From the NCBI GenBank assembly GCA_038064415.1, contig JBBTTD010000001.1, forward strand, positions 13,738 to 77,737: a DNA stretch of 64,000 nucleotides, written 5' to 3'. The position numbers and the translations under genes were made by a program. The stretch's first letter is position 1; each line of letters begins with the position of its first letter. Source of the stretch: Patescibacteria group bacterium. GTDB lineage: Bacteria > Patescibacteriota > Minisyncoccia > Phycocordibacterales > PALSA-1337. Below, piece after piece: positions 9,274 through 18,940 of the stretch. The notes beneath the pieces are model-generated. The model was not told where the DNA came from. It worked only from the letters and a program-made list of their open reading frames with translations, and searched no databases.

Positions 9274-10881
9274 ATGATAGTACTTTCAGTTTTTTGCTAT
9301 AATTGTGCCATGGATTCAAGTATTCATTTGATAGTGCATAATGTTGCGGCGATTATTTCATCTGTAATGTTAATAGGTTTAGCTTTGTTTCTCGTTATCA
9401 ATAATCCACGCTCGCGGAGTACTATAATTTTTTCGTTGATGTTAGTTGCCGTTTTGGTTTTCATAGTTTCTCATGTAATCGGTGTAAACATAGTAGACCC
9501 AAATTTATCACGTGTCGTTTTTATGTTTAATTTGAGCATATTTTTTATTGGAGTTTTTATTTTTCATTCAATTATCGCGACAATTGGAAAAGAGAAAGAA
9601 CGGAAACTGATTCTGATTGCGATTTATGTAGCGAGTATTTTGATAACGGTCTTTTTTGTTTTTAATCCAGATCTATTTTTACTTCCTTCTATATCAAAAA
9701 TGTATTTTCCAAATTACTACGTGCCAGGGGTGTTAAATTGGCTACGCCTGGTATTTCTATATGGTCTTATGGTTCCATATTCTTTACTTGAGCTATTTCT
9801 AGCTTATCGCCAATCACAAAATAATATCGAACGCCAACAACTTAAGTATTTTATCATCGCTATATTTGTCGGTTTTTCTTTTGGTTTTATTCCAAATTTT
9901 CTAGTATACAATATTCCAGTTGATCCTCTCTGGGGAATACTCCTTGTTTCATTATTTGTGATCCCAATTGTATACGGTTCAGTAAGATATAGACTTTTCA
10001 ATATAAAAATCATAGCCACGCAAGCATTTTTCTATAGTCTTGCAATAGGAATTGTCGGAGGATTTATTTCTTTACTTAACTACTCAAACCAGTGGATTTC
10101 TGTGTTTTTCCCAAATTTTCCCATTTGGATAACCGCGCTTATATCAGCATTTTTTGCTGTTACCATTAGTGTTTTCGCATGGCGCAAACTTCGTGAAAGT
10201 GATCTCCTAAAATACGAGTTTGTCACCACAGTCACGCACAAATTCCGCACTCCGCTGACTCATATCAAATGGGCCTCGGAAAATCTATCCAAAAGCGCTC
10301 TATCAACCGATGATCAGACCCAAGTCAAATACATCCAATCAGCTGATGAAAAACTGGTTGAATTGACCAGATTGCTCATGAATATATCCGAGACTGAAAG
10401 CAGTGGCTATGAATACAAAATGGTTCGTAGTGACCTATCCGCTTTAGTCATTGAAGTAGAAAAAGGTATGCGTGAACAATACTTAATCAAAAATATGACA
10501 GTCACCGAAAAGATTGAGCCAGCGTTATATGCAGAATTTGACCAGTCTCGCATCAAATTTATTGTGCAGACATTTATAGAAAACGCCATTCGCTATACTA
10601 GAGAAGGAGGTACTATCCTTATCTCTCTCACTTCAAGAGGACATGATGTGGTATTTTCAGTCAAGGATACAGGTGTCGGCATCGCCAAAGACGAGCTGTC
10701 TCTGATTTTCTCCAAGTTCTATCGCAGTAAAGAAGCACGCCAAGTTGATACTGAAGGCATGGGTATCGGTCTATATGTCTCAAAAGAGATTATCTCAAGA
10801 CACAACGGCAAGATCTGGGCGGAGTCGGATGGATCTGGTAAAGGTAGTACTTTCAGTTTTTTACTTCCCGTGATCAAATAA
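9274..10881 (+). CDS. Sensor histidine kinase with a polytopic (about 7 TM) N-terminal domain
   Basis: Multi-TM N-terminus, then an H-box (FRTPLTHIKWASENL) and HATPase_c (GIGLYVSKEIISRHNGKIWAESDGSGKGSTFSF). No cognate regulator is adjacent. Confidence 0.8.
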   Translation: MIVLSVFCYNCAMDSSIHLIVHNVAAIISSVMLIGLALFLVINNPRSRSTIIFSLMLVAVLVFIVSHVIGVNIVDPNLSRVVFMFNLSIFFIGVFIFHSIIATIGKEKERKLILIAIYVASILITVFFVFNPDLFLLPSISKMYFPNYYVPGVLNWLRLVFLYGLMVPYSLLELFLAYRQSQNNIERQQLKYFIIAIFVGFSFGFIPNFLVYNIPVDPLWGILLVSLFVIPIVYGSVRYRLFNIKIIATQAFFYSLAIGIVGGFISLLNYSNQWISVFFPNFPIWITALISAFFAVTISVFAWRKLRESDLLKYEFVTTVTHKFRTPLTHIKWASENLSKSALSTDDQTQVKYIQSADEKLVELTRLLMNISETESSGYEYKMVRSDLSALVIEVEKGMREQYLIKNMTVTEKIEPALYAEFDQSRIKFIVQTFIENAIRYTREGGTILISLTSRGHDVVFSVKDTGVGIAKDELSLIFSKFYRSKEARQVDTEGMGIGLYVSKEIISRHNGKIWAESDGSGKGSTFSFLLPVIK

Positions 10882-10894
10882 GTTTTTCTAAAAT

Positions 10895-10968
10895 TGGTGG
10901 ACCTACCGAGAATCGGACTCGGGTCTCGGCAATGCGAATGCCGCGTCGTACCACTAGACCATAGGTCC
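10895..10968 (-). tRNA. Atypical tRNA, anticodon CGC (nominally Ala) but without G3:U70
   Basis: Reverse complement reads GGACCTATGGTCTAGTGGTACGACGCGGCATTCGCATTGCCGAGACCCGAGTCCGATTCTCGGTAGGTCCACCA. The cloverleaf folds, with anticodon loop ttCGCat, a 4-nt variable loop, T-loop TCCGATT (C at position 55) and an encoded CCA. The acceptor 3:70 pair is A:U. Confidence 0.55.
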
Positions 10969-10991
10969 TTCATACTACACCTCAAACTGTC

Positions 10992-11067
10992 TGGTGGACC
11001 ATAGCGGACTTGAACCGCTTACCTCACCCATGCCATGGGTGCGCTCTACCAGATGAGCTAATGGCCC
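10992..11067 (-). tRNA. tRNA-Ala (anticodon GGC)
   Basis: Reverse complement reads GGGCCATTAGCTCATCTGGTAGAGCGCACCCATGGCATGGGTGAGG...GGTTCAAGTCCGCTATGGTCCACCA. It has G3:U70, anticodon loop atGGCat and an encoded CCA. Confidence 0.85.
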
Positions 11068-11171
11068 GTGAAATTGAAATTATTCAAACAAAATCAGCAT
11101 ACATCAGAATAGAGAATTTCTCAATTTATTTTATTGCATAAAATCTTCTATTACTGTAGTATTTTCTGGTC

Positions 11172-11285
11172 ATGAAATTCATTGGTTTTATTTTCTGGAT
11201 TCTTTTGGCCATAATCATTTTACCATGCGTTTTTGTAGCAGGACATATTTATCCCTTGTGGACTGAATGGGGAGAAGAATTCTAA
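11172..11285 (+). CDS. Small hydrophobic peptide ORF (37 aa, MKFIGFIFWILLAIIILPCVFVAGHIYPLWTEWGEEF)
   Basis: ATG ORF with a single predicted TM helix in the 230-bp gap before zwf. Speculative. Confidence 0.25.
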   Translation: MKFIGFIFWILLAIIILPCVFVAGHIYPLWTEWGEEF

Positions 11286-11300
11286 TGTATAATACTATCA

Positions 11301-12746
11301 ATGGAGACTAAACTTGCAAATTCCGATCGTATCGCGCTCCATCCAACCATATTTGTGATTTTTGGTATTACCGGTGATTTAGCTTCAAGTAAGCTGATTC
11401 CGGCTCTTTTGGCGCTCTATTCCAAAAGACTATTGCCGCCGAATTTTGCCATAGTTGGCTTTTCTCGCCGAGTATTCAGCAGGGAAGAATTTCGAGAATT
11501 TATTCGCGATAAAATGAATGTCCGCCTCGGACAATTCAGAGAAGAAGACATCAAACATTTTTTAGATCACATGATATATGAACAAGGGATGTTTGATGAT
11601 CTCGGAGCTTATACGCGTCTGGCACTGAAATTAAAGAGCATAGATGATCGCTGGGGTCAATGTTCAAATAAATTGTTTCATCTTTCTGTCCCTCCAAATC
11701 TTTACGAAGGAATTTTAGCTAATATTTCCAATTCAAATTTATCCGCGCCTTGTGATGATGGCACGGGTTGGTCGCGTATTCTGATTGAAAAACCATTCGG
11801 CAGTGATATCAATACCGCGCATCATCTGGATAAGTTACTTGGTAAATTATTCAAGGAAGAACAAATATTCCGAATTGACCATTATTTAGCGAAAGAAGTT
11901 CTTCAAAACATTATTGCTTTTCGGTTTTCTAATTCAATGTTTGAGCCTTTATGGAATAGAAAATATATAGATAAGGTTCATATCAAGCTTTTTGAAAAAG
12001 AGACTATTGGTGAAAGAGGCGCCTTTTATGACTCAATCGGCGCATTTAGAGATGTTGGGCAAAACCATATATTGATGATGTTAGCCATCACCGCCATGGA
12101 GGCGCCGAAATCTTTTAGCGCGAATAACATTCGCAGCGAACGTGCCAGAATCTTGCGTAGACTTCGATCTTTTTCCAAGAGATCAATTAACAAAAGTGTT
12201 TTGCGCGGTCAGTATGTTGGTTACACCCAAGAACACGGTGTTTCACCAAAATCTCAGTCAGAAACTTATTTCAGAATTGAATCATACATAAATTCCGCGC
12301 GCTGGAGAGGGGTGCCATTTTATCTTGAGAGCGGTAAAGCTTTGGCTGAATCAAAAGCAGAAATTGATATATATTTTAAAGATACTAAAAATCCAAAAAT
12401 AGAAATTAAAGATTCAGCGCGAAAGATATATAAAAATTCACAGAACATTTTGACATTTAGGATCCAGCCCGATGAAGGAATAAGGATAAGATTTTTCGTC
12501 AAAAAACCTGGACATGAATTTAAGACAGAATCTAAAACCCTGAAATTTAAGTATGCTGACGCTTCTTCGTTTCATAATATACCGAATGATTATGAGCGTT
12601 TGATTCATGATGCCTTCGTCGGCGATCAAACACTGTTTGCTTCAACCGATGAGATTATGGCTTCTTGGAAATTTATCATGTCCATCTTAGACAATATAAA
12701 AAAAGTTCCATTGAAACTTTATGAGAGGGGAGCATCAGAAGTTTAG
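11301..12746 (+). CDS. zwf: Glucose-6-phosphate 1-dehydrogenase
   Basis: IFGITGDLASSKLIPAL N-terminus, RIDHYLAKE and a C-terminal G6PD domain. Confidence 0.8.
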   Translation: METKLANSDRIALHPTIFVIFGITGDLASSKLIPALLALYSKRLLPPNFAIVGFSRRVFSREEFREFIRDKMNVRLGQFREEDIKHFLDHMIYEQGMFDDLGAYTRLALKLKSIDDRWGQCSNKLFHLSVPPNLYEGILANISNSNLSAPCDDGTGWSRILIEKPFGSDINTAHHLDKLLGKLFKEEQIFRIDHYLAKEVLQNIIAFRFSNSMFEPLWNRKYIDKVHIKLFEKETIGERGAFYDSIGAFRDVGQNHILMMLAITAMEAPKSFSANNIRSERARILRRLRSFSKRSINKSVLRGQYVGYTQEHGVSPKSQSETYFRIESYINSARWRGVPFYLESGKALAESKAEIDIYFKDTKNPKIEIKDSARKIYKNSQNILTFRIQPDEGIRIRFFVKKPGHEFKTESKTLKFKYADASSFHNIPNDYERLIHDAFVGDQTLFASTDEIMASWKFIMSILDNIKKVPLKLYERGASEV

Positions 12747-12756
12747 TTGATTTCAA

Positions 12757-12947
12757 TCAAGAAACAAAATAAGGTTGTAATTTTTCAAGCCGAGGACTGT
12801 TTGAGCGACTAGAAATTACTTGGTAAAAGGCGAATGGCGTTGGAATCACCAAAGCTTTGCTTTGTGTGATTCCTGAGCCGTTTACCTAGTAATTTCAGGA
12901 GCGAGTTCCGCAGGCTTGAAAAATTACAACCTTATTTTGTTTCTTGA
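12757..12947. repeat. 191-bp element with perfect 35-bp terminal inverted repeats and nested internal inverted repeats
   Basis: Left arm TCAAGAAACAAAATAAGGTTGTAATTTTTCAAGCC (12757-12791); right arm is its exact reverse complement (12913-12947). Additional internal inverted repeats (GGAATCAC...GTGATTCC; CTAGAAATTACTTGGTAAA / TTTACCTAGTAATTTCAGG) lie between them. It starts 10 nt after the zwf stop. Confidence 0.7.
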
Positions 12948-13117
12948 TAGTCGTTATCCACCCCTCAAACCCTTGCCTGTAACAAGGGTTTTATGTTATC
13001 CACAGTTTCATTTGCGTGCCTAAAATAGTAAAGTGGTATATAATATCCATCAAGTGGGAAGAAGTGGTAAATAATTTACTTATTAATACCTCTTAAATTT
13101 TCCCAGAATTTACAAAA

Positions 13118-13558
13118 ATGTTAATCGGGGAATACAGACACACTATCGACGACAAAAACCGCCTTTCTCTCCCATCAAAATTCCGAAAGGAAATGGGTAC
13201 AAAGGTGGTAGTTACGCCCGGACTTGATTCCTGTCTTTTCATCTTCACGATGAACGAGTGGGAAAAGATTTCAGGACGTTTGTCGGTGTCGGGTTCCTCA
13301 TTGTTGACTGCGGACAATCGCGGCTTCAATCGATATCTCCTTGGTCGGGCGGTTGAAGTTGAGATTGACGCGGTTGGTCGCATGCTCATTCCAGAACATT
13401 TGCGACTGCGCGCCAAACTCGAGATCAAGGTCACATTTGTTGGCGTTAAGGATCGTGTTGAGTTGTGGAACGAAGCATCATGGGATGCATATGTCCATGA
13501 TGTGGAACTCAAGGCCGATTCGTTGGCCGAGAAATTAGGTAAAGAAAGTACGAATTAA
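13118..13558 (+). CDS. mraZ: Transcriptional regulator MraZ
   Basis: MLIGEYRHTIDDKNRLSLPSKFR; two MraZ repeats. Confidence 0.9.
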   Translation: MLIGEYRHTIDDKNRLSLPSKFRKEMGTKVVVTPGLDSCLFIFTMNEWEKISGRLSVSGSSLLTADNRGFNRYLLGRAVEVEIDAVGRMLIPEHLRLRAKLEIKVTFVGVKDRVELWNEASWDAYVHDVELKADSLAEKLGKESTN

Positions 13559-13559
13559 G

Positions 13560-14498
13560 ATGGAAAGTGTACATCAAGCGGTTCTTTTACAGGAAGTAAT
13601 AGAAGGATTCGCTTTGGTTAAAGAAAAAACTTTAATCGGGGATAGTCAGAAATTTTCCAGATCAATCCTGCCGATATATTTTGACGGCACACTTGGCGGG
13701 GCGGGACATGCGTTGGCGATTGCAAAAATACTTGAAGGAAAACTTACTTTAATTGGTCTTGATCGAGATCCGCAAACAATTGAGCGAGCCAAAAATACTT
13801 TGAACGGAAAAGCTGAACGAATTATTTTGGAAAATGAAGACTATCGCAATCTAGATTTAGTACTTTCAAAATATGAAATTTCCGGTGTTGACATGATTCT
13901 CCTTGACCTTGGAATTTCTTCAGACGAATTGGAAAATTCTGGCAGAGGGTTTTCATTTCAAAAAGACGAACCGCTACTGATGACTATGGGGGATCCGAAA
14001 TCATATCCATTTACCGCTAGAGATATTGTGAACGGTTGGGCGGAAGAAGATATTGCCAATGTAATATTCGGTTATGGAGAAGAAAGATTTGCGCGCAGAA
14101 TCGCCAGAGCCATCATTAATTACCGCGACAAGAAAAAAATTGAATCATCAAACGAGTTAGCGGAAATCGTTAAATCGGCAATTCCATCATTTTATGGAAG
14201 AGGGAAAATTCACCCCGCCACGAAAACATTTCAAGCGATTCGCATTACCGTCAATGATGAACTCAATGCTTTAAAACAAGGGCTGACCAAAGGATATGAA
14301 AAATTGAATTCAGGTGGACGAATGGTGATCATTTCATTTCATAGTTTAGAAGATCGGATTGTTAAGGATTTTTATAAGAAACAAGCATTTTTAGGAGCAA
14401 AAATTATCACCAAAAAGCCAATTGTAGCGGGAGATCAAGAAAGAGCGGAAAATCCTCGTTCAAGAAGCGCGAAATTGAGAATAATAGAAAAAATATGA
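13560..14498 (+). CDS. rsmH: 16S rRNA (cytosine1402-N4)-methyltransferase RsmH
   Basis: HQAVLLQEVIEGF, a SAM-binding DGTLGGAGH motif and a conserved C-terminal domain. Confidence 0.9.
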   Translation: MESVHQAVLLQEVIEGFALVKEKTLIGDSQKFSRSILPIYFDGTLGGAGHALAIAKILEGKLTLIGLDRDPQTIERAKNTLNGKAERIILENEDYRNLDLVLSKYEISGVDMILLDLGISSDELENSGRGFSFQKDEPLLMTMGDPKSYPFTARDIVNGWAEEDIANVIFGYGEERFARRIARAIINYRDKKKIESSNELAEIVKSAIPSFYGRGKIHPATKTFQAIRITVNDELNALKQGLTKGYEKLNSGGRMVIISFHSLEDRIVKDFYKKQAFLGAKIITKKPIVAGDQERAENPRSRSAKLRIIEKI

Positions 14499-14830
14499 GA
14501 AAAACAATAACACGCACATATAACATAGCTCACGAATATCAACGACAGATTACCCTTACTGTTATTGCTTTTTGCGTAGTTTTAGCCCTAGGTTACGCGG
14601 TAAATCTGTATTATGTCATTTCTAAGACCGTGGCTCTACAGAGGATTAATGCGGAGACCACGACTCTAAGCGCTGAAATTCAAGGCCTTGATGCCAAATA
14701 TTTGAGCATTTCTGGGACGATTACTCCGGATATTTTCCGTAAATATGATCTAAATAAGGGACAAGTGAGCGCGTTTATATCTCGTACGACCTTGTTGGGA
14801 CGCGCTGACCTGACTGGACATGAACTCTAA
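14495..14830 (+). CDS. FtsL-like cell division membrane protein
   Basis: 111-aa bitopic protein positioned between rsmH and ftsI. The 4-bp overlap suggests translational coupling. Confidence 0.5.
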   Translation: MRKTITRTYNIAHEYQRQITLTVIAFCVVLALGYAVNLYYVISKTVALQRINAETTTLSAEIQGLDAKYLSISGTITPDIFRKYDLNKGQVSAFISRTTLLGRADLTGHEL

Positions 14831-16532
14831 ACAGAGATTTCGCGCTCGTCTTATTTTAGCCTGCATAATTTTGATCGCGGGAAGTTTAGTTTTAGCGCTC
14901 TATTCCATTCAAATCATAGATGGGAAATCTTATGTCGCCAAAGCGGATAGACAGTATATAAAATCAGCAAATTCAGTTTTTGATCGAGGGTCAATATTTT
15001 TTAGCACCAAAGACGGAACATATCCGGCGGCAGCCACTTTGACTTCTGAATATTTGATATACATGAATCCTAAATTAATCAAGGATCCTGTCGGGACTTA
15101 CCAAGCACTTTCTCAATATATTAAGCTTGATCAAGAACAGTTTATGAGAAAAGCCGCTTTAGTAAATGATCCCTATGAAGAGTTGGCTCGTAAAGTTGGA
15201 GAATCAATTGTTCAATCAATTTCTGCTTTATCTTTGCGAGGTATCGGTATCTTGAAAGAAAGTAAACGCTCATATCCAGGCAATCAGTTGGCGGCGCACG
15301 CTTTGGGTATTATTGGTGAAAACAATGGTTTGGTTGAGGGGCGTTATGGACTTGAAAGAACTTATGAAGATGTTTTGGCGCGAACAGGGGTCGGTGGGAG
15401 CGCCAACATTTTTGCCCAACTATTTTCAAGTATTGGTGGTTCAGTGAGTGGTGGAAAATCTGGGGGACGGGGAGATATAGTAACGACTATTGAACCCACT
15501 GCTCAAGGATATTTGGAAAATGTTTTGGCAAAGACAAGTACTGAATGGAAGCCGGACGAGATTGGCGGAATTATCATGGATCCGCAAACCGGAAATATCG
15601 TGGCAATGGCGGCTTTACCGAGTTTTGATCCAAACGATACTTCAAAAGTTAAAGATCCGGCGGTGTTTTCTAATTCGCTTGTAGAGAATGCCTATGAGAT
15701 GGGTTCAATTATGAAACCGCTCACTATTGCCGCCGGTTTTGATAGTCAAGCAATTACTTCTTCATTCACATATGATGATACTGGCACTATAACTTTGAGT
15801 GGTAAGAAAATTTCCAACTTTGACGGTAAAGCTAGGGGAGTAATACCGGTTCAGGAAATATTGAGTCAGTCACTCAATGTCGGAGTCGCGACAGTCGCCT
15901 TGAAGGTGGGAAAAGATGATTTTTCTAAGTATTTTTTGTCATTTGGTTTAGGAAGTAAGACTGGCATTGATCAGCCAAATGAGACCAGTGGATTGGCCAG
16001 TAATTTGAAGACTGGACGTGACATTGAAATCGCTACAATGGCATACGGACAGGGTATTGCCGTTTCGCCAATGGCCATGACTCGGGCGCTTTCCATTCTT
16101 GCCAATAATGGCAAGCTCGTTACTCCACACATTGTCCAAGAAATTGATTATCTTGACGGTACAAAAAAGAAAATTAATCCAGATTTAGGAACTTCCGTCT
16201 TAGAAAAACAAACGGTTGAGGATGTTACTGGAATGTTAGTCAAAGTAGTTGATACGGCACTTCGTAAAGGCGCGCTTAAAATGGAGCATTATAGTATTGC
16301 CGCTAAGACTGGTACTGCCCAAATTCCCGATCCAGTGACCAAGGGTTATTATCCCGATCGTTACTTGCACTCATTCTTTGGGTATTTTCCAGCTTACAAC
16401 CCAAAGTTTATTATTTTCTTATACCAAAAATATCCCAAGGGCGCGCGGTATGCTTCGGAGACTTTAGTGAATCCGTTTAATGACTTGACGAAGTTTTTGA
16501 TAGATTATTATAATGTTCCGCCGGATCGATGA
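14820..16532 (+). CDS. ftsI: Penicillin-binding protein (FtsI/PBP2-type transpeptidase)
   Basis: N-terminal TM anchor, a dimerisation domain and a transpeptidase with the SIMKP (SxxK) active site. Confidence 0.8.
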   Translation: MNSKQRFRARLILACIILIAGSLVLALYSIQIIDGKSYVAKADRQYIKSANSVFDRGSIFFSTKDGTYPAAATLTSEYLIYMNPKLIKDPVGTYQALSQYIKLDQEQFMRKAALVNDPYEELARKVGESIVQSISALSLRGIGILKESKRSYPGNQLAAHALGIIGENNGLVEGRYGLERTYEDVLARTGVGGSANIFAQLFSSIGGSVSGGKSGGRGDIVTTIEPTAQGYLENVLAKTSTEWKPDEIGGIIMDPQTGNIVAMAALPSFDPNDTSKVKDPAVFSNSLVENAYEMGSIMKPLTIAAGFDSQAITSSFTYDDTGTITLSGKKISNFDGKARGVIPVQEILSQSLNVGVATVALKVGKDDFSKYFLSFGLGSKTGIDQPNETSGLASNLKTGRDIEIATMAYGQGIAVSPMAMTRALSILANNGKLVTPHIVQEIDYLDGTKKKINPDLGTSVLEKQTVEDVTGMLVKVVDTALRKGALKMEHYSIAAKTGTAQIPDPVTKGYYPDRYLHSFFGYFPAYNPKFIIFLYQKYPKGARYASETLVNPFNDLTKFLIDYYNVPPDR

Positions 16533-16557
16533 ATGAGTAACACAAATCCACAAAAGT

Positions 16558-18072
16558 GTGTACATGCTTTTTTGTGGATTCGTGTTATGTATTTGTGTTA
16601 TTCTTGAATCGTTGTCTATAAATGCCATGAACCTACTTAAAAAAATTCTTGTCTTAATCTTAACTCTTGAATCTCGCCTGATCATTGCCAAATACAAGCC
16701 TTTTATCGTCGCGATTACTGGCAGTGTCGGTAAAACTTCCACCAAAGACGCTATTTATGACGTCTTAAAAAAGCAAAGCAAATATGTTCGCAAAAGTGAA
16801 AAGAGCTTGAATAGTGAAATCGGTTTACCGTTGACTATTATCGGCGTGCCAAATGCTTGGCGCGATTTAGGCGGTTGGTCCCGAAATATTATGGAGGGGC
16901 TCCGACTCATTTTTGCTAAAAAAGAATATCCTGATTGTTTGATTTTGGAGATCGGCGCTGATCATCCCGGCGATATTATTAAAGTCGGAAAATGGTTGCA
17001 TCCGGATATTTCAGTGATCACGCAAATTAGCACTACTCCAGTGCATGTTGAATTCTTTTCATCCCCAGAAGAGGTTTTTGAAGAAAAAGCGGCACTAGCT
17101 GAAGCAATTAAACCTAGCGGGACTTTAGTTCTATTTGCGGATAATGAAAAAGTTTTGTCATTAGCGGGGCGAATTAAAAATAAAGACGTGAAAGTGATTT
17201 CTTTTGGTACGGTGCCATCCGCGCAAGTTAGAGGTTCGGAGGATCGGATCATTTACATGACACAACAAGGACTTGAAGGTCATGTTGAGATTCCAAGTCC
17301 AAATATTTCTACGATTGAAATACTGGCTTCAACCGAGACATTGGCAGATAAATTAGTAAATGATTCAGGCGCTGAAGTTTCAAATGTTAGACAGACTTCG
17401 CAAGTAAAAAACCCGATAGGTATTTCTTTTAAGCTTGACATGGACGGCAACAGCGTTCCAATATCAGTAAATGGCGTACTCGGCAAAACATATTTATATC
17501 CTCTTTTAGCGGCGGCCGCTGTCGGTAAAGTCCGAAATATTCCAATATCTTCAATTGTAGATAGTTTAAATAATTATCAAGCTCCAAAAGGCAGAATGAG
17601 CGTCATACTTGGCCTGAATGGTTCTACTTTGATAGATGACAGTTACAATTCTTCGCCGGACGCCGTTTCATCAGCCTTGCAAACTTTGAGAGAACTTGAC
17701 TGTACCGGTTCTAAAATCGTGGTACTTGGTGACATGATGGAACTTGGCCAATATTCTTCTGATGAGCATCGTAAAATTGGCAGGGAAGTCGTGGGTATCG
17801 CGAATACTTTAGTGACAGTTGGTCAGCGCTCGCGTGTGACTGCCGATGAGGCGATCAAAAGTGGTTTGTCGATTGATTCGGTACGCTCATTTGAATTATC
17901 CAGTGAAGCTGGTGAATATTTGAAGTTAATCGTTAGACAAGGTGACATTGTGCTCATAAAAGGATCACAGTCAGTCCGAATGGAAAAGACAGTAAAGATT
18001 CTTTTGCGTGAGTCGGAGAAATCAGGAGAACTATTAGTCAGGCAAGAAAAAGAATGGCTTGATAAAAAGTAA
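16558..18072 (+). CDS. Mur ligase family protein (MurF-like UDP-MurNAc-pentapeptide synthetase); true start may be the Met at 16627
   Basis: ITGSVGKTSTKD P-loop, a Mur ligase central domain and a C-terminal domain. Its position after ftsI is consistent with murE or murF; the assignment is by domain pattern only. Confidence 0.6.
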   Translation: MYMLFCGFVLCICVILESLSINAMNLLKKILVLILTLESRLIIAKYKPFIVAITGSVGKTSTKDAIYDVLKKQSKYVRKSEKSLNSEIGLPLTIIGVPNAWRDLGGWSRNIMEGLRLIFAKKEYPDCLILEIGADHPGDIIKVGKWLHPDISVITQISTTPVHVEFFSSPEEVFEEKAALAEAIKPSGTLVLFADNEKVLSLAGRIKNKDVKVISFGTVPSAQVRGSEDRIIYMTQQGLEGHVEIPSPNISTIEILASTETLADKLVNDSGAEVSNVRQTSQVKNPIGISFKLDMDGNSVPISVNGVLGKTYLYPLLAAAAVGKVRNIPISSIVDSLNNYQAPKGRMSVILGLNGSTLIDDSYNSSPDAVSSALQTLRELDCTGSKIVVLGDMMELGQYSSDEHRKIGREVVGIANTLVTVGQRSRVTADEAIKSGLSIDSVRSFELSSEAGEYLKLIVRQGDIVLIKGSQSVRMEKTVKILLRESEKSGELLVRQEKEWLDKK

Positions 18073-18133
18073 AAATCGTGTTATTTTGTTTTTGTAATTC
18101 TGATTTTAGTTTTCGCATTATCGCGAAACGCGC

Positions 18134-18205
18134 GGCCCTATCGTCTAATGGTTAGGACACGGCCTTCTCAAGGCTGGAATCCGGGTTCGAGTCCCGGTAG
18201 GGTCA
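18134..18205 (+). tRNA. tRNA-Glu (anticodon CTC)
   Basis: GGCCCTATCGTCTAATGGTTAGGACACGGCCTTCTCAAGGCTGGAATCCGGGTTCGAGTCCCGGTAGGGTCA. Anticodon loop ttCTCaa; no encoded CCA. Closely resembles bacterial tRNA-Glu. Confidence 0.8.
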
Positions 18206-18337
18206 CAAAAATTTGAATGATCAATGCGAATTATATAATCAGTTCACATTTGAGTGTACCTTTACTTTTTTATATGTATGTGTTATCATGCATCTGTAAG
18301 CAATCTTGACAACTAAACTGAAAGAAAGAAACAAACT

Positions 18338-18877
18338 ATGTTAGTAAAAACATTCACGGAAACAGGTTTCAAACCGTTTCCTTCTCCTCATATCAGTGAT
18401 GATGCATATGCCCAATGTCTGCAATCTGCGGCTATCGGTGCCGCTGATGTTATTCCGATTGATCGGAAAAATCGGACAATATATTTGGCCTGGCGTAGAC
18501 GCAAACCAGCTCAAGGATGGTGGTTCTTTGGTGGACGCGTGAAGGCTTCTGAAACTAATGCCAGTGCCGCAATACGTTGTTTTGCAAGAGAAACAAAAGT
18601 CTCACTAGGACTCGATCGCATCACTCACATCGCGGTTCTGGACTATCTTTGGAAAGACCGTGCGCAAGAGCCCTGTGATATGGGCTGTCACACAATCGGT
18701 CATACATTTGTAGTCGAGCTTTCTTCTGATGAACTGGTGGTTTTGAGGCATGAGCTTGAACCCGGAGAGTACGATTACGAGAAGGGTATTCGGGCTTTCA
18801 ATCGCGAAGAACTTGTTTTTGAGAATGTATTGCCACCAGTTATTGAATTGTACGACGAAATCTTCAAACAGCAGTAG
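18338..18877 (+). CDS. Nudix-fold protein with a degenerate Nudix box (likely non-catalytic)
   Basis: GWWFFGGRVKASETNASAAIRCFARETKV matches the GX5EX7REUXEEXGU spacing but replaces several of the catalytic Glu residues. GC content is visibly higher than in neighbouring genes. Confidence 0.45.
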   Translation: MLVKTFTETGFKPFPSPHISDDAYAQCLQSAAIGAADVIPIDRKNRTIYLAWRRRKPAQGWWFFGGRVKASETNASAAIRCFARETKVSLGLDRITHIAVLDYLWKDRAQEPCDMGCHTIGHTFVVELSSDELVVLRHELEPGEYDYEKGIRAFNREELVFENVLPPVIELYDEIFKQQ

Positions 18878-18909
18878 CTCAACATTTGCTGTTTCGCATA
18901 CACCTTCAC

Positions 18910-18940
18910 AAGGTTCACCGTTTTGCGGTGAACCTTTTTT
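18910..18940 (+). terminator. Rho-independent terminator
   Basis: AAGGTTCACCG-ttttg-CGGTGAACCTTTTTT. Confidence 0.7.
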
